From contig CAWGNX010000002.1 in the NCBI GenBank assembly GCA_963824065.1, positions 575,366 to 639,365 of the forward strand: a stretch of 64,000 nt of DNA, in the 5' to 3' direction. The DNA comes from an uncultured Chloroflexia bacterium. Its GTDB lineage: Bacteria > Chloroflexota > Anaerolineae > Anaerolineales > DRKV01. Of this stretch, positions 39,729 through 48,725 are shown one piece after another; positions within the stretch are counted from its first letter, which is position 1; the number at the start of each line of letters is the position of its first letter. Below the pieces are notes generated by a model. The model ran no database searches. It had not been told where the DNA came from and worked only from the letters and a program-made list of their open reading frames with translations. A program made the position numbers and the translations under genes.

Positions 39729-40074
39729 AATACTGGATTAACTGATTGCTGCCAATGGCAATATGTCACCTGCCAAAAAGATATTCGTCACATTTGCAGC
39801 TGGTGAACCTGCGAAATCTAATTTCGTGGATTGAAAATAGGAAATATCCCGATAATCAGATCATCGGATGAGGTGAATTTACCCGAATCGTTCTGAAAAA
39901 GGTTATTAATCGGGTGAATTAGGAGTTGGCAAAGCTGATTGTTTCCTGGATAGAATGATTCGGACAGCTGCCAACCAACACCTTGTAGATGTGTTATAAG
40001 TAGACCAGCCAGTGGGAGCAGTTTTTAAGAGCTCATGCCAGCTAATAATTGTTATGCTGACGACCGGTTGATGA

Positions 40075-42186
40075 ATGATGCCCACTTTCTTTAACTCGCT
40101 ACGCTTTTCACGACGGTCTGTTCCGCTGCTCCTGGCGGTAGTCAGCATATTGGCATTCGGATTGCTGCTGCCTTTTTGGGGGTTATACCTGGATGACTGG
40201 CATCATGTTTACTTCAGTTTTAACGGTGGCTTGCAGGGTTTACAAGACTTCTTTTTATTCGACGGTCGCCCTTTGGCTTACATGTTTTATGCACTTGGAT
40301 TTCGGGTTTTGGGTTACAACCCCCTGGCCTGGCAAATATTTGCCCTCAGCTTGAGGACATTGACGGCAATCGTGATCTGGATTTGCCTGCGAGAAATCTG
40401 GCGTGAACATGAACGCGAAGCCGTTTGGACAGCAATATTATTTCTAATTTACCCACTTTTCCGGCAGCAGCAGTTTTCGATTGCCTATTCCATGCATTGG
40501 TTTGGGTATGGGCTTTATGTCCTGTCAATCTGGTTGATGGTTTTAGCGGTAAAGCGTCCAACTCGATTTGCGCTTTTTACGATCCTGTCGCTGGCAGCCA
40601 GTTTTGGCCATTTAATATTCCTGGAATATTTTGCAGGGCTGGAACTGATTCGTCCAGTAATTTTATGGATCATGGTACGCCGCCAAACCAGGGGATTTAA
40701 AGCGCAATTACGCCGTACCTTATTGTATTGGCTGCCTTATTTGTTTTTGTGGCTCGCTTTCGTTGTTTACCGGCTTTACTTAATGCCAAAACCGAAGCCC
40801 GGTTATGAGCGCAACCAGCTTCTCATCCTTTCTGGTTTGCTGGAAGCACCCCTGAAAACCGCTTTACACTTTATCCAATACAGTTTCCAGGATACGCTGA
40901 CCATTCTATTTTCAAGCTGGCAAAATGCAATTAACCCGGCTATGTTCAATTTTCAACTGCCAGCAAACTTGCTGGCAGTTGGTGCCGCGTTTCTATCAGC
41001 AATCGGCTTATTTTTTTACTTTTCACAACTCCAGATTCCAGGTGATGGTCTTGACCAACAACAACAACCAGATTCTGTTTCTACTGCCGATCGCTGGTGG
41101 ATTGAAGCTTTTGTTTTGGGATTGCTCCTGGTCCTTTTAGGTTTGTTGCCCATCTGGCTGACTGACCAGTTTATTGTGACAGATAACCCTTTGTGGAGTG
41201 ACCGCTATTCTCTGGCTGGCTTGTTGGGTGCCAGCCTGGCTATTGTTGCATTAATCTCTGGATTGATTGGCAACCCAAAATATCGCCTCATCCTGCTTAG
41301 TTTGCTGGTTGGGTTGGCAATTGGTTGGAACCTGCTGGTAGGCAACGAATATCGCTGGTCCTGGGCTGACCAGACCGAGTTTTATCACCAACTTTCGTGG
41401 CGAGCACCGTATGTTAAACCAGGGACGACATTTCTTGCTGAAGGCGAACTTTTCAACCGGATGACTGAATACGAAACTGCCTTCGCAATCAGTACCCTGT
41501 ATCCGAAAGCGAGTGAGGAATTTGAGCTGGGCTACTGGTTTATTAGCCTTTCCAGACGATTCGATGATCGCATGGATGAACTACTGCAAGGAATCCCCAT
41601 TCGCTACAATCGTTTTTACACAGTGTTCAGGGGCAATAGCAAGGACAGCCTTGTAATTTCCTATGAACCAGAATCCAACCAGTGCCTGTGGGTGCTCTCT
41701 GCTGAAGATCAGGAATACCAGGAACTGCCGGAGCTGACCCGTCAGGCAGCGATCATTTCCAATCTTGATCTGATCTGGCAGGATGGTCCCGGGATGCGAC
41801 CGATCCCGGCGAAAATTTTTGGGCCTGATCCAGGAAAAAATTGGTGTTATTACTATGAGAAAGCCGATCTTGCGCGCCAGTATGGAGAATGGTCAAAAAT
41901 CGTAGATCTTTGGGGACAAGCGGATCAGCAGGGGATGAAACCGGAACACGGAAGGGAGCTGCTTCCGTTCATCTATGGTTTTGCGCATACCGGAGAGTGG
42001 AGCACAGCATCAGATCTGACCAATGAGGCCATCCGCCTGACACCTAAAATGAGAGCACCATTCTGTACAGCCTGGAAAAATATTCAATCGCAAACCATTT
42101 CATCTATTGAGCGCGATTCGGTGCTCCAACAAATCCAGGCGAAGCTGGATTGCGATTGGATTACCAGCCTTTCTGGCGATGAATAG
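40075..42186 (+). CDS. large polytopic membrane protein with C-terminal soluble domain (possible GT-C-type glycosyltransferase)
   Basis: 703 aa with about 13 hydrophobic segments in the first 440 aa and a soluble tail of about 260 aa. Visibly lower GC (about 45% in sampled 60-mers) than flanking genes (about 57%). The function is not established. Confidence 0.6.
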   Translation: MMPTFFNSLRFSRRSVPLLLAVVSILAFGLLLPFWGLYLDDWHHVYFSFNGGLQGLQDFFLFDGRPLAYMFYALGFRVLGYNPLAWQIFALSLRTLTAIVIWICLREIWREHEREAVWTAILFLIYPLFRQQQFSIAYSMHWFGYGLYVLSIWLMVLAVKRPTRFALFTILSLAASFGHLIFLEYFAGLELIRPVILWIMVRRQTRGFKAQLRRTLLYWLPYLFLWLAFVVYRLYLMPKPKPGYERNQLLILSGLLEAPLKTALHFIQYSFQDTLTILFSSWQNAINPAMFNFQLPANLLAVGAAFLSAIGLFFYFSQLQIPGDGLDQQQQPDSVSTADRWWIEAFVLGLLLVLLGLLPIWLTDQFIVTDNPLWSDRYSLAGLLGASLAIVALISGLIGNPKYRLILLSLLVGLAIGWNLLVGNEYRWSWADQTEFYHQLSWRAPYVKPGTTFLAEGELFNRMTEYETAFAISTLYPKASEEFELGYWFISLSRRFDDRMDELLQGIPIRYNRFYTVFRGNSKDSLVISYEPESNQCLWVLSAEDQEYQELPELTRQAAIISNLDLIWQDGPGMRPIPAKIFGPDPGKNWCYYYEKADLARQYGEWSKIVDLWGQADQQGMKPEHGRELLPFIYGFAHTGEWSTASDLTNEAIRLTPKMRAPFCTAWKNIQSQTISSIERDSVLQQIQAKLDCDWITSLSGDE

Positions 42187-42317
42187 GTTCTAGACTTCAC
42201 CTGCCGAATTTTGTACAATGAGATTACAAATTGATATTTGCCTCGCTCCCATTGATGACCTTGGAAGGCGGAAGTCTCTCACCAGGTGAGGGGCCGCAAA
42301 AATCTCTACAACAATGT

Positions 42318-42345
42318 CCGCCGGTGCCTGCCGGCGGTTTTTCGT
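42318..42345 (+). terminator. rho-independent terminator-like hairpin
   Basis: CCGCCGG (42318-24), loop TGCCTG, CCGGCGG (42331-37), then TTTTT at 42338-42. It lies 130 nt after the stop of 40075-42186 and only about 25 nt before the usp start. Confidence 0.5.
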
Positions 42346-42367
42346 TCTTCCTTGCAGGAGGTATGCG

Positions 42368-43297
42368 ATGAATTTTGGCACAGCAGGAACACGAATTTTG
42401 TTAGCGGTTGATGGTTCAGAACATGCCTGGGCAGCCGCCCAGTTAGTGCGAGACCTGCCATGCTATCCGGCTTGTTCGCTTGCAGTGATGATGGTCATTG
42501 TACCTAAGTTGACCTCCTTTAACTTTTTTATCGATACAGTGCTGGAGCGAACCTGCAGCCTGTTGGAGATGGAAGGTGGCCCTCCAGTGGAATCCCTGAA
42601 ATCTTTTGGAGCTAACCCGGCTGAGACGATTATCGCGACAGCCAATCAGCGCCAGGCTGACCTGATTGTGCTTGGGGCGCGTGGGCGGCGGGCTGCACTT
42701 GGGGTGCTGCTGGGAGGGGTAGCCCAGCAAGTTGTGGAATATGCCCAGCAACCGGTTTTAATCGTGCGAAGCCCATTTACAGGGCTGAACCGGGTTCTGT
42801 ACGTGACCGATGGGTCCCCACACAGCCGGCTGGCGCGGCAATTCCTATGCGGTTTCCAATTACCGGCTGAGACAGAGGTGGATGTGTGTCATGTGCTTGC
42901 CCCCCAGTTGCGGTTGGAAGATTTGACCCTGGTGTACCCCAGCAACCTGGAGGCGGTCAGCTATCCGGTTGAATCAGCAGAGCAGCTTCAGTACCTCTCA
43001 CAGGGTCTGGAAGTCCAGTCGGACCAGGAACGACGTGCCGGTAAGATTTTAATTGAGGAAGCCTGCACCGAATTGGAACGGGCAGGTGTACGCATTGGGC
43101 GCAAAGTGCTGTTGGCTGGCGACGCCAGCGAGGAAATCCTGACGTATATCCGAGAGCAGCAGGTGGACCTGGTTGTGGCTGGCAGCCGGGGGTTAAGCCA
43201 GGTGCAGAGCTGGTTGTTGGGGAGTGTATCCCGCAAGCTGGTGCATTATGCGCCTTGCTCGGTGCTGGTCGTGCGCGGCCAAATCGAGCCCGGATGA
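42368..43297 (+). CDS. tandem universal stress protein (two UspA domains)
   Basis: ATG at 42368 with AGGAGG upstream. 'ILLAVDGSEHA', 'LGARGRRAALGVLLGGVAQQVVEYAQQPVLIV', and a second copy 'AGSRGLSQVQSWLLGSVSRKLVHYAPCSVLVV'. Confidence 0.85.
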   Translation: MNFGTAGTRILLAVDGSEHAWAAAQLVRDLPCYPACSLAVMMVIVPKLTSFNFFIDTVLERTCSLLEMEGGPPVESLKSFGANPAETIIATANQRQADLIVLGARGRRAALGVLLGGVAQQVVEYAQQPVLIVRSPFTGLNRVLYVTDGSPHSRLARQFLCGFQLPAETEVDVCHVLAPQLRLEDLTLVYPSNLEAVSYPVESAEQLQYLSQGLEVQSDQERRAGKILIEEACTELERAGVRIGRKVLLAGDASEEILTYIREQQVDLVVAGSRGLSQVQSWLLGSVSRKLVHYAPCSVLVVRGQIEPG

Positions 43298-43363
43298 ACG
43301 CAGCTCAGGGCAATGTTTGAGCCCGGCACCGTAAAAGACCGATTGAAGATCAATTGGGGGGTA

Positions 43364-43852
43364 TTATTCGGCGGCCCCAAATGCTTCCCGTAGTTTTTGC
43401 TCGTCCTCATTCGAGAGGGATGTACGGATGATCTGAGCGTTAAATTTGGTCAGCTCGGCCAGAACCTTGTCCTCCGTCCAGTCGGTGATCATCAGGAACA
43501 GGGCCGAGTGCCCAGGCTCGATTTTCTCACCAACTTCTTTGATGAAGCTGTCATCGATGCCATAATCAGAAAGTTTTCCGCTGATGGCACCTGTCACAGC
43601 CCCAATCGCCAGCCCTAGCCATGGCATAAAAAATAGCAAACCGATCAGCATACCCCAGAAGGCACCCCCCAGCGCGCCTGTGCCAACCAGGCTGACGGCC
43701 TGCTTTACTTTGACCTTGCCATCGGGCCGCCGGACGACTGTCGCCGCATCTGCCAGGTCAACCAGTTGCTGTTTCTGCAAACTCTTGACGGCAACGCTCA
43801 TTTCCGCGGCCCCGGTTTCGGTCGGGAAGGCAAAAACGATCAATTCACTCAT
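43364..43852 (-). CDS. DUF1269-family membrane protein
   Basis: 162 aa. 'MSELIVFAFPTETGAAEM...', Gly-rich TM pair 'GTGALGGAFWGMLIGLLFFMPWLGLAIGAVTGAISG', and C-terminal 'SALFLMI...KVLAEL'. Confidence 0.72.
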   Translation of the reverse strand: MSELIVFAFPTETGAAEMSVAVKSLQKQQLVDLADAATVVRRPDGKVKVKQAVSLVGTGALGGAFWGMLIGLLFFMPWLGLAIGAVTGAISGKLSDYGIDDSFIKEVGEKIEPGHSALFLMITDWTEDKVLAELTKFNAQIIRTSLSNEDEQKLREAFGAAE

Positions 43853-43958
43853 CAGATCTTTCTCGCTTTCTAGCGGAACTAGGATTGTGAAGGAAATTAT
43901 AAAGGTACATGGCAGGGTACCGGCGCGATTAACAAAAATTTAACAGTGAAATCATCCA

Positions 43959-45884
43959 TCACGCGCTCGCCTGGAAGAAAATCAGGTAGAGAACTCCGAT
44001 AGCTACCAGGTACATCAGTGGGTAAACCCAGTCCATAACCCGGTCGATCCGCTCGGCGCGTTCGCCCAAACCGCGTGATTCAAGCTGTTTTAAGTAGACG
44101 TTGTAGGCCACAACCGCGGTATTGACGATAAAAGTGGTTGCCATCAACGCATCCAGAAAAGTTAGGTAACCCAATCGAGGATAGTTTTCAGTCAGGCTGA
44201 AGCTGAAAGCTATAAACAACAGGATGTTGGCTGCGGCGGCTTCAATTCGGCGGGTGTAGTCGCGCAGGAAAAAAGTTAACCAGGAGATAATGGCGATGAG
44301 AAGAACCGGGATAAACACTTGCAAAATGTAGTATTCCAGGTGACGGGGAGCATCGAAAGTAAACGTATAACGAGAATTTTGGGTGCCGGTGTTGGCCGGG
44401 ATAATGCTGGTATTCGTCTGAAAATTCGTCAGGATAAATTCATCTTCGCCATGCTCGCTGCTGATCTCGCTGTAGCCCGGGAGTTCAGTAAAAATATAGT
44501 ACCTGGATGGCAATAACAGGTCAACGCGGATTAAGAACGTCTGGATATCAAATGGGAAGCGGCGGAAATCAAAATCAACCTGGAAGTTCGTTGTGAAAAG
44601 TTCGTAATAGGTAGCGTTGCCATCCGCACGCAGCACCACAGCTCGATTCTGCACCCAACGATTGCCTTGCTGGTTGGCGAAGGAAAAATCAGGCCAGCGA
44701 TCTTCTACATCTTTCAAGAATGTGCTGAAGTTGGCTTCACTATAAAATTTTTCCCGGCAGTTGCAGCTATCCGGGCTGAATGCATTGCGCGGGTCGCTCC
44801 AATCCATCCGCAGGCTTCCGACCCCTGTGAAAAATTCCATGGACTGCTCCACATTGACAATCTGAAGCAGCTTGACTCCTACCTCCACCGGAATCGGTGT
44901 TTTGATGACAAACTGCCCTCCAGGTTCTGCCGTACCGGTCTCGATTTCAGGGACGTTAACCCCCACCTGGAGCCGAAATTCACCCCCCGCGTCCACAGGG
45001 CTGGATTCATTGGGTAAAATTCTCAGCTTAATCCCGGCGGTTGTCTCTTCAAAAGCAAGTTGGAGCTTGGTCGTTGTGTTTTCACCTGCTAGGTTAGCCA
45101 CGGACAAAGGTTTGTTGCCATAATCCAGCAAACCCAGGGCTGGGAAGAAATCCCCGCTGGTCCGTTCCACATACACATATAGGGTATCCCCGGCGTGGAT
45201 ATCTTCCAGTTCGTATTCAGTATAGGCAGTGCCCGGTGCTAAGAAGCCCGTTTCTTCTTCGACTCTGCCTTCCTGGGAGGAAATGGCCTGCTCGAAAGTC
45301 GCAAAAGGCTGGCCTATCGGGAGGCTGTCGATGGTCAATGCCTCCTCCGTATTTAATCCCAGCACCAGCCGGTAATCGCCGGATGTTGATAGGGCGGTCG
45401 TTGAGAGTGCTGACGAAACCAGGACGAAATAATCACCAGACCTGGTTGGAGAAAATTCCAGGTACGCATCGTGCCCAGAGCCGCTGTCATCATCCCAGGC
45501 CGGGAAAGTTGCATCCCTGAGATCGTAGATCGATTGCGGGATGTTGGTGTCATTCTGAATCAGCTCGCGCTGCATGGCTACATAGGACTGGAAAAGCTCA
45601 TAAAGATTTTCATCAGCCGCGGTGATAATCAGGACCGGGTCCAGATTGCCGCTTGTATTTGCAGCCAGGGCAGAAAGGGTCTGTCCTGGCTGCAAATCGG
45701 GCACGCGATAGACGTCGACGAAGCCAGGCGGCAGGATGCTATTCTCAATTTGGATGCTAGCGCTGCTCTGGGCGGCAGCATTCCCATATGTGAGGAATGC
45801 ACCGATTGACCAAACGAATGCCAGTGAACAGGTGAACCAAACAGTGATTATTTTGAAATGACGAGACTGGAAGCTGATGTGCAT
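43959..45884 (-). CDS. prokaryotic pentameric ligand-gated ion channel (Cys-loop superfamily) with a duplicated PPC/jelly-roll-like N-terminal module
   Basis: 641 aa with signal peptide and AGGAGA RBS. Residues about 330-515 look like an extracellular beta-sandwich ('VEVGVKLLQIVNVEQSMEFFTGVGSLRMDWSDPR', 'FDFRRFPFDIQTFLIRV'). Four TMs follow: 'YYILQVFIPVLLIAIISWLTFFL', 'RIEAAAANILLFIAFSFSL', 'YLTFLDALMATTFIVNTAVVAYNVY', a short loop, then 'VMDWVYPLMYLVAIGVLYLIF'. Residues about 50-310 hold two related modules. Confidence 0.85.
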   Translation of the reverse strand: MHISFQSRHFKIITVWFTCSLAFVWSIGAFLTYGNAAAQSSASIQIENSILPPGFVDVYRVPDLQPGQTLSALAANTSGNLDPVLIITAADENLYELFQSYVAMQRELIQNDTNIPQSIYDLRDATFPAWDDDSGSGHDAYLEFSPTRSGDYFVLVSSALSTTALSTSGDYRLVLGLNTEEALTIDSLPIGQPFATFEQAISSQEGRVEEETGFLAPGTAYTEYELEDIHAGDTLYVYVERTSGDFFPALGLLDYGNKPLSVANLAGENTTTKLQLAFEETTAGIKLRILPNESSPVDAGGEFRLQVGVNVPEIETGTAEPGGQFVIKTPIPVEVGVKLLQIVNVEQSMEFFTGVGSLRMDWSDPRNAFSPDSCNCREKFYSEANFSTFLKDVEDRWPDFSFANQQGNRWVQNRAVVLRADGNATYYELFTTNFQVDFDFRRFPFDIQTFLIRVDLLLPSRYYIFTELPGYSEISSEHGEDEFILTNFQTNTSIIPANTGTQNSRYTFTFDAPRHLEYYILQVFIPVLLIAIISWLTFFLRDYTRRIEAAAANILLFIAFSFSLTENYPRLGYLTFLDALMATTFIVNTAVVAYNVYLKQLESRGLGERAERIDRVMDWVYPLMYLVAIGVLYLIFFQASA

Positions 45885-46134
45885 GGCTGGTTCTCCTAGT
45901 TTCGATCCGGGATCAATATATCAAAAAAGGGCAACACTGCTGGATCTCAACGATTTCTTTCCATTTTACCCAAGGACCTCACCAAGTGCGATGGCGATCT
46001 TGGGGTGGCAGGCTAAATTCACCTTGGATTGGTGGTAGTTGTTCATTGTAAGGCCTACTTGGGGAACAGAAATTTTGTAAAAAACGTTTAGTTACCAGGA
46101 GAGGAATCGTCCAGTTAACCTCAAGGAGAAGGCC

Positions 46135-46632
46135 ATGAAAGTTCTGAAATTCATCCTGGTTGTCTTGTGTGCCGTTGTTCTGTTTCGCCTGGCCGCGTGC
46201 ACGACTGGTTTGGCACCAACGCCAGACGCCACTCCAATTATCCCAACAAACCCAACCAATCCGCAAAATCCGCAAATCCAGCCCGAACGCCCGGAGGGCG
46301 ATAGTGATTCCATTTCTGGCCCGGACCCAGCGCAGGCAAGGGATGCAGCTCTCGAGGATTTGCTCGCTGAGATTCCGGAAGCGGGCAGTGAAGCGAGTAT
46401 GCCTGGGGTGATCGACTGGCAAAGTGAAGACGTCACCCCCCAAAACTTGCTCGGCGCGGTTTCGACACTTTACCGCGGCGGTGGCTGGGAGATTCTGGTA
46501 CGCTACCCGGTGGTTGCGCCTGCCAACACGCGCTACACTGTAGAAATCCGTAACCAGAGCACGGATTCTAGCTGGGAAGTTGTCTTAGACGCAAATTACC
46601 AGATCCTCAGCCTTAATCCACTGAGCCCGTAA
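46135..46632 (+). CDS. hypothetical lipoprotein
   Basis: 165 aa. 'MKVLKFILVVLCAVVLFRLAAC' lipobox, a Pro/Thr/Asn/Gln-rich linker, then a small globular domain. Confidence 0.6.
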   Translation: MKVLKFILVVLCAVVLFRLAACTTGLAPTPDATPIIPTNPTNPQNPQIQPERPEGDSDSISGPDPAQARDAALEDLLAEIPEAGSEASMPGVIDWQSEDVTPQNLLGAVSTLYRGGGWEILVRYPVVAPANTRYTVEIRNQSTDSSWEVVLDANYQILSLNPLSP

Positions 46633-46652
46633 CCTACCAGCAGACCCCAAGT

Positions 46653-47036
46653 TCAGACCTGGGGTCTGCCTACTCTGCCTACGTTTAAATGCAAGCTGTC
46701 TGCGTCCAGCCGCGCAGCGCAGCACGTGACTTCACCAGCATGATAATCGCAAACGATACGTTGTCCATAAGCACCGGAATTGAGAATGCGCCTGGAGTGA
46801 ACGGAAATGGCAGGCATGCCAATGGCTCGCATGATCAGGTTGCCAGCGATGGCTAGGAGGGCACGCGGCAAGGTTTCGTGACCTCCCATGTTGAAAATCT
46901 GAGTAAAAACCAGGAAGAAGCCTCGGAAGCGATTGTAGATAGGAGTAAGTATTTCAACGAATACCATACGGCTCGCATCTAATCGGTGCCTTCCGGCGAA
47001 TTCCACTTTCAAAAATTTCCGGGCCGAATTTTGCAC
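46653..47036 (-). CDS. hypothetical protein (weak call)
   Basis: It is the only ORF in an otherwise empty gap of about 450 bp. I recognise no family, and its 3' end overlaps a hairpin at 46641-46670. Confidence 0.3.
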   Translation of the reverse strand: MQNSARKFLKVEFAGRHRLDASRMVFVEILTPIYNRFRGFFLVFTQIFNMGGHETLPRALLAIAGNLIMRAIGMPAISVHSRRILNSGAYGQRIVCDYHAGEVTCCAARLDADSLHLNVGRVGRPQV

Positions 47037-47084
47037 CTCTTGCGCAAAGATCGTGTATGATTCTTTCTGTCAGCTGCCTGACCC

Positions 47085-48227
47085 ATGACACCCCAACCAC
47101 CGCTTAAACCCTGCCCGGTCTGTAAGACATTTCTAGCGCCCGACCTGCAGCGTTGCCCGCGCTGCGGTGCAGGTCTTTCGGCTGTCCGATCCGAACCCGG
47201 CAGCCAGAGCCCGGTTGTCGACATCCAGGCTGTAGATCGAACCACTGCTTCTTCTGAACCATCCACACGAAACGAGGGCTTGCGCATTGTGATTTCTCCA
47301 AAAGCAAAAGATTGGTTATTCTGGATCAGCGCTGGATTGTTGGCTTTGATCGCTATTGGCCTGGTTGGACTGATCTGGTATGACCACTGGCAGCAAGCAA
47401 ATGCCGCGGATCTTGAGTTGACCATTTCGCCGGATAATTTGCCGCGTGCCTTAAATCAAAGTGGCGCACCCTCCGTCCAACCAGACCCGGCAGTGGTAGC
47501 TGCCCTCACCGCCCAGCCAACCCTGACGCCTGTTCAGGTTGATCCCGCCCAGCTTTCAACCGTGATCGCTACGCCCGATGGAGAAGAGCTGGATCCAAAC
47601 CCGGCGCCAGCCAACACAAGCTCGCAAATCCGGACTGCCACCGAGATCCGCGACGATTTCTCGACCAATTTGCTCGGCTGGTCAGAAGCAGAACGGGAGG
47701 ACTCGCGGCGCGGCTACCTCCCCGAAGGGCAGTATTATATTGAAGTGGATGCCCCCGGGGTATTCGCGTTGAGTTTTCTACCTGTGGATTTTGCTCCAGA
47801 ACTCGTGGAATTTCAGGCTCAGGTGCCAGAAGCCGCCCCGGGCGGGACGTTTGGGGTGCTCTGCCAATTCAGTGATGAAAACAATTTTTATCTGGTGGAG
47901 ATCGATCCTGCCTCCGGAACGCTGGCGCTGGGGCAGCGGAAAGACGGCCTATATACCGCCCTCACCGACCCCGAGTGGCAGGATGCCGTTGGGTTGGTTA
48001 CAGTCGCAAATGCCGCAAACCAGATCAACGTGACCTGTTCTGACAGTGAAATTCTGGTTTCGATCAACGGGCAGGTCGCAGGGCGCCGAGGGATCAGCAC
48101 TCCTCTGCCGCAGGGAAGCCAGATGGCCATTTTTGCAGCCGGGTATGAAGGTATCCTGGCCACAGGTTTCCAGGTATTGATTGATAATTTGTTTGCAAGA
48201 GCAGCAGGGCCTGGTGAATTTCGCTAA
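47085..48227 (+). CDS. zinc-ribbon / single-TM / extracytoplasmic-domain protein
   Basis: 380 aa. 'CPVCKTFLAPDLQRCPRCG', TM 'WLFWISAGLLALIAIGLVGLIWY', a Pro-rich linker, and a beta-rich C-terminal domain of about 190 aa. Confidence 0.65.
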   Translation: MTPQPPLKPCPVCKTFLAPDLQRCPRCGAGLSAVRSEPGSQSPVVDIQAVDRTTASSEPSTRNEGLRIVISPKAKDWLFWISAGLLALIAIGLVGLIWYDHWQQANAADLELTISPDNLPRALNQSGAPSVQPDPAVVAALTAQPTLTPVQVDPAQLSTVIATPDGEELDPNPAPANTSSQIRTATEIRDDFSTNLLGWSEAEREDSRRGYLPEGQYYIEVDAPGVFALSFLPVDFAPELVEFQAQVPEAAPGGTFGVLCQFSDENNFYLVEIDPASGTLALGQRKDGLYTALTDPEWQDAVGLVTVANAANQINVTCSDSEILVSINGQVAGRRGISTPLPQGSQMAIFAAGYEGILATGFQVLIDNLFARAAGPGEFR

Positions 48228-48338
48228 CGCGCCTGTTTATCCCGGCCTACACGTTTGGGTTATCGACTGCCGCCAACGCTTTCCGGCCGAATATATCTGA
48301 AATGTTGTTTTGGGAAGAATCCCGCTATACTCGAAGAG

Positions 48339-48725
48339 ATGAAAATCAGACCATTATCTGCGCCCCAGCGCGCAGAATATTTTTCCAGGGTCTGGTCCCT
48401 GGTCCGTGAGGTGCCATCCGGCCGAGTCATTTCCTATGGCCAGGTCGCTGCCTTGCTTGATCCACCGGATGGAATACAGGCGGAAGAAAACCGTATTTAT
48501 GGGGCGCGCTGGGTGGGTCAGGCGATGCGCAACTGCCCGCCAGATGTACCCTGGCAGCGTGTTCTGAATGCCCAGGGCAAGATCAGTCTTCCCGGTGAAG
48601 GCGGTTCCCACCAGCGCGAACTGTTGGAAGAAGAAGGGGTTGTCTTCGACGAGCGTGAACGTGTTGACTTGGGAATTTATGGCTGGGGTGGTCCAAACAC
48701 ACCTTACCAAACAAGTCTGTTCTAG
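48339..48725 (+). CDS. alkyltransferase-like (ATL) protein: MGMT DNA-binding domain with the active-site Cys replaced by Trp
   Basis: 128 aa from the ATG at 48339. '[16 protein letters not shown]', '[28 protein letters not shown]' and '[10 protein letters not shown]'. The PCHRV motif reads PWQRV. The stop TAG (48723-48725) lies inside the IS target site. Confidence 0.8.
   Translation: MKIRPLSAPQRAEYFSRVWSLVREVPSGRVISYGQVAALLDPPDGIQAEENRIYGARWVGQAMRNCPPDVPWQRVLNAQGKISLPGEGGSHQRELLEEEGVVFDERERVDLGIYGWGGPNTPYQTSLF

Noticed and set aside
42190-42381. 63-aa minus-strand ORF in the gap before the usp gene.
   Set aside because: It overlaps the plus-strand terminator hairpin and the usp RBS and start. 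It has no SD and no recognisable family.
46641-46670. Hairpin GCAGACCCCA...TGGGGTCTGC after the lipoprotein gene, considered as a terminator.
   Set aside because: It has a good 10-bp stem, but the loop is 10 nt and no T-run follows on either strand. It may still act as an RNA-stability element, so I did not call it a terminator.
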